The translations under genes were made by a program, and so were the position numbers. A stretch of DNA of 64,000 nt from Bdellovibrionota bacterium (lineage in GTDB: Bacteria; Bdellovibrionota_G; JALEGL01; DATDPG01): positions 2,080,001 to 2,144,000 of the forward strand of contig OY764265.1 in the NCBI GenBank assembly GCA_963668355.1, given 5' to 3'. The notes below the pieces were generated by a model. That model did not search any database, had not been told where the DNA came from, and saw only the letters and a list, made by a program, of their open reading frames with translations. Positions within the stretch are counted from its first letter, which is position 1. Each line of letters opens with the position of its first letter. Shown one piece after another: positions 51,367 through 61,101 of this stretch.

Positions 51367-51971
51367 CAAGAGCTCTTACACAAATTCAGAAAGAAATTTT
51401 ACGTTTCATTGAGTCCGAGTTGGCGCAAGAGGGTTCTCCTCCTACGTTACGTGCCATTTGCGAACATTTCGGATTTCGAGCCATTGGGACCGTTCAAGAT
51501 CATTTGCGGGCACTCATTCAAAAAGGTTATTTGGAGAAGGAACCTGGAAAAGCTCGTGGGATCAAGTTATCCAAGCAGCGTTGGGCGGCATCGGCCAATG
51601 TTCCAATCTTTGGAACGGTGCCTGCGGGATCTCCGCAAGAGGCCTTCGAAGAAAACTTAGGCGCTGTCCCTTTCCCTTCTCACCTGGCTCAGAAAGGCGA
51701 ACTCTTTGCATTACGTGTGAGTGGTGAATCCATGCGTGATGCAGGAATCCACGATGGAGATTTGGTCATTGCTCGAAAGGAGCTTGATCCCAAACACGGA
51801 GAGATTGTGGTGGCTTTGGTGGAGGGGCAAGTCACGGTAAAGCGTCTGGAAAAACAAAGGGGAAGCGTTCGTTTACTTCCTGAGAATCCAGACTTTGAAC
51901 CCATTGAGGTTCGATCAAACGAAGATTGCATTCAAGGGAAGGTGATCTCTGTTCAACGTTATTATGAATAG
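51360..51971 (+). CDS. lexA: SOS repressor LexA
   Basis: PPTLRAI HTH; VPAG cleavage site; GESM and TVKR catalytic Ser/Lys; start MVSRAL. Confidence 0.95.
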   Translation: MVSRALTQIQKEILRFIESELAQEGSPPTLRAICEHFGFRAIGTVQDHLRALIQKGYLEKEPGKARGIKLSKQRWAASANVPIFGTVPAGSPQEAFEENLGAVPFPSHLAQKGELFALRVSGESMRDAGIHDGDLVIARKELDPKHGEIVVALVEGQVTVKRLEKQRGSVRLLPENPDFEPIEVRSNEDCIQGKVISVQRYYE

Positions 51972-51992
51972 CAAACGTACTTTTTTAAAAGA

Positions 51993-54125
51993 TCATTGAA
52001 AGTCGATGATGATGGGGGCGTTGGTCCCTTTTTTGATTCGAATGTTTTTGGTCACCGTCTTGAAATCGGGATGGCGAAATTCAATTTTATATTTTCCAAC
52101 GCGAAGTTGATGGTCGACCAGGGGCGTCTCTCCGGCTTTTCGACCATTGATGTATACCGTTGCCCAGGGTCGCGCTCCGAGACTGACGGTTCCATAAGCA
52201 ATTTTGATTTTTTTCAATTCGATGATTTCTTCGCGATCGTTTTCAAGAAACAGATCGTATTTTCGGGAATGGTATCCTGGGGCTTTCACTTCGAGCGTGT
52301 AGGTTTGATTCCCTTTTAGGTTTCGGATTTCTCCGTGTCCATGAGACACGCCGTTTAAGTAGACGCTTGCATTCGATGGCTTGATTCGTAAAGTCAATGT
52401 CACCAAATGAGGTTCAAGTTCGTATGCTTTTGAATCGGTTCGCGTTTTCAACGTCACGCGATCCTCTTTGGTTTGATATCCTTTCAAAACCAGCTTAAGC
52501 GTTTGCGCCTCACCCAAGGGAAGGTCGGATACGGTGGCCGGGGTTTTCATCTCTGTGTCTTTGCCATTGATGAAAATGCTTGCATTGGAAGGGGAGCTTT
52601 CAATGGTAAGTGCCCCTAAAACAGGTTGAGCTTCTGTAAGCGTGTAAGGACCAAAAACCGTCTTTTCGGAATGCGGAACAAATTCATCTAAAAAAGGTTC
52701 ATAGCCTTCTTTTTCGATTCGAAAGGCGACGCGTTTTCCTTCCAAGAGGGGAAGGGTCACGGGAGTTACGCCTTTGAGTTCTTCGTTGATGAAGAGTTCG
52801 GCTCCTTCAGGACGACTCACGACTTGAACGCTGATCAACTTGGATATGGGTTTCTTTGCTACAGGTTTTTTCGGAGGGGCCGAAAAAATGGAAATCATTT
52901 CCGAGACACCAAAAATCAAAAGGATGCCGGCCACAAAGGGAACGAGAAGTTTTCCCCACGTTAGCCACCAAGGAGAAGGCACGCGAGAATTTAGCTCATT
53001 CCACGCGCTCCTCAGTCGATTTTTTAATGGAGGGGATACATTTCCGGAGATCGCGCTTCTCAGAGACGGACTTCTTCCTGAAGAGGATTCAATCAGCCGG
53101 TCATTTGCAGCTTCCGCAGCGCTGGTTGCGGCGGCAATTTCATCTACAGGAAGGGCATCGATGGCCCTTCGTAGGGACTCTTGTTCTCGATCAATGTCCT
53201 CAGCAAAGAGTTCTTGTAAAAAATCGGAGAGTTGTTCGACCGAAAAATCTGGAAAGTTTGAATAAAAAACTTTCGTAAGGGCTGTATTCATTTCCTGAGC
53301 CGAAGAAAAACGATCTTCTCGGTCCTTAGCCAAGGCCTTTAGGACCACATGCTCCAGTTCTGGCGGGATGGCAGGGTTGTATTTCGATGGAGGCGGAAAC
53401 TTGCACTCTTTGATTTTTTCCAAGGTGTCGAAATCACTTTCTCCGAGGAAAAGTCGTCTTCCTGTGAGGATCTCATAAAAGATGATTCCGGTGGAGAATA
53501 AGTCCGTGCGTGCATCCAGTGCTAGGCCCGAGGCTTGTTCGGGCGACATATATCCAAATTTCCCCTTGAGAACTCCAGCTTGGGTTCTTCCCAATTTGGA
53601 TTCGGTTTTCGCAATTCCAAAGTCTACAATTTTTACATCTCCATGGTAGGAAACCATGATGTTTTGTGGAGAGATGTCGCGGTGAATGAGGTTGAGCGGC
53701 TTTCCCGTATTGGAGTCTGTCTTTCGGTGAGCGTAGCCCAGGCCCTTCAGAGCCTCTAGGATGACGTAGACCGCAAGGGCTACCGAAATAGGGTTTTTGG
53801 CTTCGTGACACCGTTTTAGAATGGCGCGAAGATCCTTTCCATCAATGTACTCCATGGCAATGAAGTAGTTGTCGGCAATCTTTCCTAAGTCTGTGACTTG
53901 GCAGATGTTTGCGTGGGTGAGTTCAACGGCAATCTTGGCTTCGTCGATGAACATTTCAACGAACTCTTCGTCTTTTGAAAGATGAGGAAGAATTCGTTTG
54001 ATGACCAGAAGTCTTTCAAAACCTCTGACACCAAAGGTTTTGGCCTTGAATACTTCCGCCATTCCACCGATGGCAATGCGATCCAGGAGGAAGTATTTTC
54101 CATATAATGTTGTTTTAAAGCTCAA
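51993..54125 (-). CDS. Membrane Hanks-type Ser/Thr kinase with extracellular PEGA repeats
   Basis: GGMAEVF, HRDISPQN, DFGIAK, YMSPEQ; one TM; S.P.GA..FING repeats. Confidence 0.93.
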   Translation of the reverse strand: MSFKTTLYGKYFLLDRIAIGGMAEVFKAKTFGVRGFERLLVIKRILPHLSKDEEFVEMFIDEAKIAVELTHANICQVTDLGKIADNYFIAMEYIDGKDLRAILKRCHEAKNPISVALAVYVILEALKGLGYAHRKTDSNTGKPLNLIHRDISPQNIMVSYHGDVKIVDFGIAKTESKLGRTQAGVLKGKFGYMSPEQASGLALDARTDLFSTGIIFYEILTGRRLFLGESDFDTLEKIKECKFPPPSKYNPAIPPELEHVVLKALAKDREDRFSSAQEMNTALTKVFYSNFPDFSVEQLSDFLQELFAEDIDREQESLRRAIDALPVDEIAAATSAAEAANDRLIESSSGRSPSLRSAISGNVSPPLKNRLRSAWNELNSRVPSPWWLTWGKLLVPFVAGILLIFGVSEMISIFSAPPKKPVAKKPISKLISVQVVSRPEGAELFINEELKGVTPVTLPLLEGKRVAFRIEKEGYEPFLDEFVPHSEKTVFGPYTLTEAQPVLGALTIESSPSNASIFINGKDTEMKTPATVSDLPLGEAQTLKLVLKGYQTKEDRVTLKTRTDSKAYELEPHLVTLTLRIKPSNASVYLNGVSHGHGEIRNLKGNQTYTLEVKAPGYHSRKYDLFLENDREEIIELKKIKIAYGTVSLGARPWATVYINGRKAGETPLVDHQLRVGKYKIEFRHPDFKTVTKNIRIKKGTNAPIIIDFQ

Positions 54126-54205
54126 AGTTTTTCCGAGGGCGGTGTTTCTGATTTTTAAATGTCAAAAAACCAGCTAACCTATTTAAAATCATAAAGAAAT
54201 CACTT

Positions 54206-55969
54206 ATGAGCGTCAACGAGAGCCAACGCATTTCATGGATTGCCATTTTACTGAGTCTGGCGACTTGGTGGATGACGCTGACGTTTGATTTCGTTTGGGA
54301 TGACTTTCCCACCCTTGTGACCAATGGCTCAGTTCATCATTGGTCCACGCTTTGGAAGGGATTCACCTTAGATTATTGGGGGCATCATGCCATTCCGGAA
54401 ATCAGTGGGTATTGGCGTCCTTTGCCAACGGCTGTTTACGTCCTTTTGGTGAAGGGCTTTGGCGTGGTTCCGTGGGTTTTTCATGCCCTCAACCTTCTTT
54501 TGCATTTGGGTGTCGTGGTTTTGGGTGTGCGTCTTCTTTCTTCATTGAATCTTCGGGGAACCGCTTTATTGGTGGCCACCATCTTCTTTGCATTGCACCC
54601 ACTTCACTCCGAAACCGTCAGTTTTGTCTCGGCCCTACCTGATTTGTTGGCGGCTTTTTGGGGGCTTCTGGCGTTGCGTTTGATTCGTCGGCCCATATGG
54701 AGTTTGTTGGCTCTGGGATTGGCGTTGCTTTCCAAGGAATCTGGGCTTGTGTTTGTTGTGCTTTGGTTGATTTGGGTGCATCGAGTGGATCGTGCGGCCG
54801 TTTCAAAGACCACCCGTATGTGGGGAAGTGTTTTGGTGGGGGTGTTGGTGTCTGTCTATATGGGTGCTCACCTCCTGGTGACCGATGGAATTGCCGCACG
54901 TTCTTTGTGGGGCGGGCGTTTGGATACGCATCTGGGAACGGTATTGATGTTGATTCCCTACGTGATGTGGAGAAGTCTGATTCCCTTGGGAACGGGGCCC
55001 ATTCAACCTTTTCCCGTTTCAGAAGGTTGGGGAGACATCCGGGTTTGGCTGGCCCTCTTGAGTTTGTGTGTGGTGCTTCTATGGGTTTGGAGAAGCTTGA
55101 AAGAAAATCGTACCTGGCCGTTGAAAGGGGTAGGGCTGTTTTTGTTATTTTGGGCTCCCTCCGCAAATTTGATTCCTTCCGAAGGGTTGTTGGCTGATCG
55201 CTATCTGTACCTCCCGATTTTGGGGACGGCTGTTTTGGTTGGGGTCTGTGTGCAAGCCTTCTTAACGCGTGTGAAGAATCCCAAATGGGCGTTGAGCTTC
55301 TTTGTTTTTGGCGCGCTATTGTGGGGCGCTTGGGCCGTTTGGGCTGCTTTTCCTTGGAGAAATGAACGAAGCCTTTGGGTTTCTGCAGTTGAAACGGCTC
55401 CTGAGTCCTCCGTGGCCTGGAATCATTTGGGCTCGGTGTATTTAAACAATGAAGAGTGGAACCCCGCGAGAGAAGCTTTTCAAAAAGCGCTGTCTTGGAA
55501 TCCGGATTTGTCGGATGCCGAGTTTAATCTCATTGTGCTGGGATCTCGGGAGGGGAAGGTTCAGAAGGCGCTGAATCGCTGTCGAGCGTATGTGGATCGT
55601 CATCCGGGAGATCCGAAAGGGTGGGATTTACTGGGGACTCTTGCGGCCACGACACGAACGTGGACACTTGCATTGGAGGCCGGAGAAATGGCCACAACGC
55701 TATCTCCCGAAAATTGGAAATACGCCTTTAACTTTGGATTGTCTCTTTTGGAAGCGGAGCGTTTTGAGTCCGCGGCGGTTCAATTGAGACGAGCCCGAAA
55801 TTTAAATCCAAGTGAGCCGAGAGTTTGGTTGAAGTTGGGGGCTGCGTATTTTTTGGCGGGAGCTTGGGATTCGGCGGCCAAAGTTTATGAAGAGGTTCTG
55901 GCGAGATGGCCTCATCAATCGTTGGCGAAAGATCGACTTGATCGAATTTGGAAAATCCAGGCATTATGA
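54206..55969 (+). CDS. TMTC-like membrane glycosyltransferase with TPR repeats
   Basis: FVWDD, YWRPL, FALHPLHSE, SKE, ADRYLYLP, C-terminal TPRs. Confidence 0.8.
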   Translation: MSVNESQRISWIAILLSLATWWMTLTFDFVWDDFPTLVTNGSVHHWSTLWKGFTLDYWGHHAIPEISGYWRPLPTAVYVLLVKGFGVVPWVFHALNLLLHLGVVVLGVRLLSSLNLRGTALLVATIFFALHPLHSETVSFVSALPDLLAAFWGLLALRLIRRPIWSLLALGLALLSKESGLVFVVLWLIWVHRVDRAAVSKTTRMWGSVLVGVLVSVYMGAHLLVTDGIAARSLWGGRLDTHLGTVLMLIPYVMWRSLIPLGTGPIQPFPVSEGWGDIRVWLALLSLCVVLLWVWRSLKENRTWPLKGVGLFLLFWAPSANLIPSEGLLADRYLYLPILGTAVLVGVCVQAFLTRVKNPKWALSFFVFGALLWGAWAVWAAFPWRNERSLWVSAVETAPESSVAWNHLGSVYLNNEEWNPAREAFQKALSWNPDLSDAEFNLIVLGSREGKVQKALNRCRAYVDRHPGDPKGWDLLGTLAATTRTWTLALEAGEMATTLSPENWKYAFNFGLSLLEAERFESAAVQLRRARNLNPSEPRVWLKLGAAYFLAGAWDSAAKVYEEVLARWPHQSLAKDRLDRIWKIQAL

Positions 55970-55978
55970 CGAGAGAAA

Positions 55979-56941
55979 ATGGCAATTTGGTTTGATTTAA
56001 AAAAGTTGGGAAAGACGTGTTCCGACTCCGTTGTCACCATTGGAAACTTTGATGGTGTGCACCGGGGTCATCAACAATTGATTCAAGAGGTTGTTGGAAG
56101 AGCCCGATCCAAACAGACTCGATCTGTTGCCATCACGTTTGATCCTCACCCGGCGGCTGTTTTGGGGCGTACGCCTCCGCCTTTGTTGATGCTTCCCGAG
56201 GACCGTGTGGCTCGTTTGACCGAGTTGGGCATTGATGACTGTGTCATCCTCTCCTTCACAAAAGAATTGGCTCATATGGAAGCGGAAGCGTTTGTTAAAC
56301 AGGAGTTGATCGATCAATTGGGGATGAAATCTCTCTTCATTGGTCCCAGCACGCATATCGGACGAAATCGGGAGGGGACGCCTGAGCGCCTGGTTTCCTT
56401 GGTCGAGAAATATGGATTTGAATTGAAAGTCATTGCCCCGATGTCCGAAGGTGAGTCCATGGTCAGCAGCTCGCGCATTCGAAGAGACTTAGTGGAAGGG
56501 AATGTGGATTCGGCCTTGGAGCAGTTGGGCCGTCCCTTTGAAACTCGCGGACAAGTTGTTTCCGGAGAGGCTCTCGGACGCCAGATGGGAACCCCAACCG
56601 CCAACTTGGGGCCCGTGCCCACTCTCCTTCCAGGAAAGGGTGTGTACGCAACGTATATGCGGGTGGGGCAGGGGCTCTTCCCTTCCGTGACAAATGTTGG
56701 AAATCGGCCCACAATAGGAGAACATTTGCCCCTGACGGTTGAAACCCATGTGTTGGATTTTACGGGAGAGCTTTTGGCAAAAGAGGTGACTCTCCTCTGG
56801 ATCAAGCGGATTCGAAGTGAGAAGAAGTTTGCGTCCAAAGAAGAGTTGGTGGCTCAGATCCAAAAGGATGTTGAGGTCACGCGAGCCGAGCTTCAGCGAT
56901 GGGGTGGAAAAGAGGGGAACAAGAGTAAGCACCCCAAGTGA
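55979..56941 (+). CDS. ribF: Bifunctional riboflavin kinase/FAD synthetase
   Basis: IGNFDGVHRGH, VSSSRIR, PTAN, NVGNRPT, ETH. Confidence 0.96.
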   Translation: MAIWFDLKKLGKTCSDSVVTIGNFDGVHRGHQQLIQEVVGRARSKQTRSVAITFDPHPAAVLGRTPPPLLMLPEDRVARLTELGIDDCVILSFTKELAHMEAEAFVKQELIDQLGMKSLFIGPSTHIGRNREGTPERLVSLVEKYGFELKVIAPMSEGESMVSSSRIRRDLVEGNVDSALEQLGRPFETRGQVVSGEALGRQMGTPTANLGPVPTLLPGKGVYATYMRVGQGLFPSVTNVGNRPTIGEHLPLTVETHVLDFTGELLAKEVTLLWIKRIRSEKKFASKEELVAQIQKDVEVTRAELQRWGGKEGNKSKHPK

Positions 56942-57059
56942 GTAAATGGATAAATGACTGAAATTGTTAACACAAAGCACATTGACAAAAATTGTCAGTT
57001 TGTTAAATTCAGAGATCGTCGATCTCTTAACCCATTAATTTCGTAGGAGAAATGTATCG

Positions 57060-58757
57060 ATGTCGAGCCGACTTGGTGAGCTTCTAATTCGAGAGAACCT
57101 CATTTCCAGCCAACAGCTTCAAAAGGCCCAGGAAGAACAGCGTAGAGGGGGCGGACGTCTCGGGTATAACCTGACCAAGCTGGGTTATATTAAGGAGGCC
57201 GATCTCACGGGCTTTCTTTCGAAGCAATACGGCGTTCCCTCCATTAACCTGAGTGAGTTTGAAATCGAGCAGGATGTCATCAACCTGGTCCCCCGAGATG
57301 TGGCGGAAAAACACCAGGTCATTCCGGTCAACAAGTCCGGAGCCAATCTCATCATCGCTATGGCAGATCCTTCCAATATTTACGCCATCGATGATTTGAA
57401 ATTTCTGACCGGATACAACATCGAAGTCGTGGTGGCCGCAGATGTCGCGATCAAAGAATCCATCGAACGGTACTACGATCAAGGAGAAGGTTTCGAGGAT
57501 GTTCTGGCGGACTTCGATGATGAAGGCATCGAATACATTGGAGATGATGAGGATGTTGACATCAGCGACTTGTCCAAATCTGCAGAGGAAGCTCCCGTTG
57601 TAAAACTCTGCAACCTCATTCTTACCGATGCCATTAAGAAAACCGCTTCCGATATTCACATCGAACCCTATGAAAAGAGTTTTCGTGTCCGATTTCGCAT
57701 TGACGGCGTGTTGTATGAGGTGATGAAGCCCCCTCTGAAACTCAAGAATGCCATTACTTCTCGTTTGAAGATCATGAGTCAGCTTGACATTGCCGAACGA
57801 AGGTTGCCTCAGGACGGACGTATTAAGCTCAAACTTGGAAGAGGAAAGGAAATGGATTTTCGTGTGTCGGTTTTGCCGACACTCTTTGGCGAAAAAGTGG
57901 TTCTCCGATTGTTGGATAAATCGAACTTGCAATTGGACATGACGAAATTGGGTTTCGAGGAAAGAGCCTTGGAAGATTTTCAAAGCGCCATTCACAAACC
58001 CTTTGGCATGGTTTTGGTCACGGGGCCCACGGGATCGGGAAAAACGACCACTCTGTATTCCGCTCTTTCCGAATTGAATAAGGTCTCGGAAAACATCTCG
58101 ACTGCGGAGGATCCAGTAGAATTTAACTTACCCGGCATTAACCAGGTTCAAATGCATGACGATATTGGTTTGAACTTCGCAGCGGCTCTGCGGTCGTTCT
58201 TGCGGCAAGATCCTGACATCATCATGGTCGGAGAGATTCGTGACTTCGAGACGGCCGAGATTGGTGTTAAGGCCGCGCTCACCGGTCATATGGTTCTTTC
58301 CACCCTTCATACCAACGATGCGCCTTCTACGGTTAACCGCTTGCTCAATATGGGAATTGAACCGTTCTTGGTGGCCTCTTCTGTGAACTGCATTTTGGCT
58401 CAACGTTTGGCGCGAAAGATTTGCGGGGAATGTAAGGAGGAAATCAAGGTGGCGCCACAGACATTGATTGATGCCGGGATGCCTCCAGATGTTTCGAATA
58501 AAGTCACGCTCTTTCAAGGGAAGGGCTGTTCGAATTGCAGCGATACCGGGTACAAAGGACGTATCGCCATTTACGAGGTCATGCCCATTGGGGAAGAGTT
58601 GAAAGAGTTCATTTTGAACGGTGCTTCCACGGCTGAAATCAAACGTGAAGCCATGCGTTTGGGCATGAAGTCCATGCGTTTGTCGGCATTAACCAAATTA
58701 GAAGAGGGCGTAACGACCTTGGAAGAAGTGTTGCGTGTCTCTGTATCCGACGGGTAA
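57060..58757 (+). CDS. pilB: Type IV pilus assembly ATPase
   Basis: MshEN-like RLGELL N-terminus; ASDIHIE; GPTGSGKT; LRQDPD; Cys4 zinc motif. Confidence 0.96.
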   Translation: MSSRLGELLIRENLISSQQLQKAQEEQRRGGGRLGYNLTKLGYIKEADLTGFLSKQYGVPSINLSEFEIEQDVINLVPRDVAEKHQVIPVNKSGANLIIAMADPSNIYAIDDLKFLTGYNIEVVVAADVAIKESIERYYDQGEGFEDVLADFDDEGIEYIGDDEDVDISDLSKSAEEAPVVKLCNLILTDAIKKTASDIHIEPYEKSFRVRFRIDGVLYEVMKPPLKLKNAITSRLKIMSQLDIAERRLPQDGRIKLKLGRGKEMDFRVSVLPTLFGEKVVLRLLDKSNLQLDMTKLGFEERALEDFQSAIHKPFGMVLVTGPTGSGKTTTLYSALSELNKVSENISTAEDPVEFNLPGINQVQMHDDIGLNFAAALRSFLRQDPDIIMVGEIRDFETAEIGVKAALTGHMVLSTLHTNDAPSTVNRLLNMGIEPFLVASSVNCILAQRLARKICGECKEEIKVAPQTLIDAGMPPDVSNKVTLFQGKGCSNCSDTGYKGRIAIYEVMPIGEELKEFILNGASTAEIKREAMRLGMKSMRLSALTKLEEGVTTLEEVLRVSVSDG

Positions 58758-58766
58758 AGTTAGCCT

Positions 58767-59870
58767 ATGCTTAATCTCCATCAGCTACTTAAAACGATGG
58801 TTGAGAAGGGGGCCAGTGACCTTCACATCACCACCGGAACATCTCCCCAATTGCGCATTGACGGAAAGCTGACGCCGCTCAAAACGCCCCCCATGACGCC
58901 ACAAGAGACCAAACAGGTATGCTATTCGGTCTTGACGGATGCCCAAAAACATAAGTTTGAAGAAGCCAATGAATTGGATTTGTCCTTCGGTGTAAAAGGC
59001 TTGTCTCGGTTTCGCGCGAATGTGTACATGCAACGTGGGGCGGTAGCGGGTGCGTTTCGAGTCATTCCGCATAAAATCATGACGTTTCAAGAATTGGGTT
59101 TGCCCCCGGCGGTTACGGATTTGACCAAGAAGCCAAGGGGATTGGTTTTGGTCACGGGGCCCACGGGCTCCGGAAAATCCACGACGTTGGCGTCCATGAT
59201 TGACGCCATCAATACCGAACGTCGGGAACACATCATGACGATTGAAGACCCGATTGAATACCTGCATCCACACAAAGGATGTGTGGTCAACCAACGCGAG
59301 GTTCGAACCGATACAGAATCTTTTACGATCGCATTGAAATATGTCCTGCGCCAAGATCCGGATGTCGTTCTGGTGGGAGAAATGCGCGACCTGGAAACCA
59401 TTGAGGCCGCATTGACGATTGCTGAAACGGGGCACTTGGCTTTGGCCACACTTCATACAAACTCTTGCGTTCAAACGATCAACCGAATTGTGGATGTCTT
59501 TCCGTCTTATCAACAGCCCCAAGTAAGGGCTCAGTTGTCTTTTGTTTTGGAAGGAATCATCTCCCAGACGCTCATTCCTCGTGCGAGTGGGAGGGGGCGG
59601 GCATTGGCCATTGAAGTCATGATTCCCAATGCTGCGATACGAAACTTGGTTCGAGAAGATAAGGTTCATCAAATTTATTCTCAAATGCAGGTGGGACAAA
59701 CGAAATATGGAATGCAGACGATGAACCAATCCTTATTCAGTTTGTTTTCCCGAAGAATCATCACCATGGAAGACGCCATTGCGCGTTCCAGTGATCCAGA
59801 TGAAATTCGACAAATGATTGCCAATGGAGGAGTTGCCATGCCTGGACAAGCAGCTCCGAAAAAATCCTAG
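58767..59870 (+). CDS. pilT: Type IV pilus retraction ATPase
   Basis: ASDLHI, GPTGSGKS, AIRNLVRE. Confidence 0.96.
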   Translation: MLNLHQLLKTMVEKGASDLHITTGTSPQLRIDGKLTPLKTPPMTPQETKQVCYSVLTDAQKHKFEEANELDLSFGVKGLSRFRANVYMQRGAVAGAFRVIPHKIMTFQELGLPPAVTDLTKKPRGLVLVTGPTGSGKSTTLASMIDAINTERREHIMTIEDPIEYLHPHKGCVVNQREVRTDTESFTIALKYVLRQDPDVVLVGEMRDLETIEAALTIAETGHLALATLHTNSCVQTINRIVDVFPSYQQPQVRAQLSFVLEGIISQTLIPRASGRGRALAIEVMIPNAAIRNLVREDKVHQIYSQMQVGQTKYGMQTMNQSLFSLFSRRIITMEDAIARSSDPDEIRQMIANGGVAMPGQAAPKKS

Positions 59871-59883
59871 GGGAGGATGAGGA

Positions 59884-61101
59884 ATGCCGGTCTATAAATG
59901 GGAAGGTGTCACCCGACAAGGTGTTGCAAAAAAGGGTGAGCGAGAAGCTCCGAATCAAGCAGCGGTCATCACCTGGCTTCGACAGCAACAGGTTCGTCCT
60001 CGACGGATTGTTGAAAAGAAAAAAGGGGCTCAAATTGGTATGCCGGGCTTTCTTTCCAAGGGTGTCGCCTCAAAAGACATCGTTGTATTTGCGCGGCAAT
60101 TTGCCACGATGATTGATGCCGGACTCCCCCTGGTTCAATGCTTGGAGATTTTGTCGAGTCAGCAAGAATCCAAAGTCTTCAAAGCCATTTTGATCAGTGT
60201 AAAAAACGATGTGGAGGGCGGCTCCACGTTTGCCGAGGCTTTACGTAAACATCCCAAAGCATTTGATGATCTTTTTGTGAACTTGGTGGCGGCCGGTGAG
60301 GTCGGAGGTATTCTGGATACCATTTTTCTGAGGTTGGCGAATTACCTGGAAAAATCCATGAAACTCAAGAAAAAGGTCAAAGGCGCCATGGTGTATCCAG
60401 TGACCATTCTCATTGTGGCGGCCGTCGTTGTTGCTGTTCTTCTCTTGTGGGTTATTCCCGTTTTCGAAAACATGTTTCGCGAGTTTGGAAATGCGGAGCT
60501 GCCCGCACCGACCCAGATTGTCATCAAGATTTCAAGGTCCTTTAAAACCTTTTTTCCGGTGTTTGTGATTAGCATTATTCTGCTTGTTTTCGCTTTTAAG
60601 CGCACCTATCGCAACAAAAAAGGACGTTTGTTGATTGATACAACGGTTCTCAAACTCCCCTTATTTGGTCCCTTGCTTCGAAAAGTTGCTGTGGCTCGTT
60701 TTTCTCGAACGATGGCGACCATGTTGAGTAGCGGTGTTCCAATTTTGGACGGTTTGGAAATTGTTGCCAAGGCGGCCGGAAACCGTGTGGTGGAAAATGC
60801 CATTATGGAAACACGAAACTCCATCAGTGAAGGAAAAACCATGGCGGAACCTTTGGAGGAAAGTGGCGTGTTTCCCTCCATGGTCTGTCAGATGATCAGC
60901 GTGGGAGAAGCCACCGGTGCCATGGATGCCATGTTGAACAAGATTGCAGACTTTTATGATGATGAGGTCGACGCAGCGGTGGATGCATTAACATCCATGA
61001 TGGAACCGATGATGATGGTCTTTTTGGGTGTAATCATTGGTGGTTTGGTCATTGCCATGTATCTGCCCGTCTTCAAATTGGCGGGAACTGTTGGTGGCTG
61101 A
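59884..61101 (+). CDS. pilC: Type IV pilus inner-membrane platform protein
   Basis: Two T2SSF repeats; GEVGG and GEATG; AMYLP. Confidence 0.95.
   Translation: MPVYKWEGVTRQGVAKKGEREAPNQAAVITWLRQQQVRPRRIVEKKKGAQIGMPGFLSKGVASKDIVVFARQFATMIDAGLPLVQCLEILSSQQESKVFKAILISVKNDVEGGSTFAEALRKHPKAFDDLFVNLVAAGEVGGILDTIFLRLANYLEKSMKLKKKVKGAMVYPVTILIVAAVVVAVLLLWVIPVFENMFREFGNAELPAPTQIVIKISRSFKTFFPVFVISIILLVFAFKRTYRNKKGRLLIDTTVLKLPLFGPLLRKVAVARFSRTMATMLSSGVPILDGLEIVAKAAGNRVVENAIMETRNSISEGKTMAEPLEESGVFPSMVCQMISVGEATGAMDAMLNKIADFYDDEVDAAVDALTSMMEPMMMVFLGVIIGGLVIAMYLPVFKLAGTVGG

Noticed and set aside
57084..59729. Long antisense ORFs (303 aa and 314 aa) over pilB and pilT
   Set aside because: Shadow frames of well-conserved genes; no motifs or start signals
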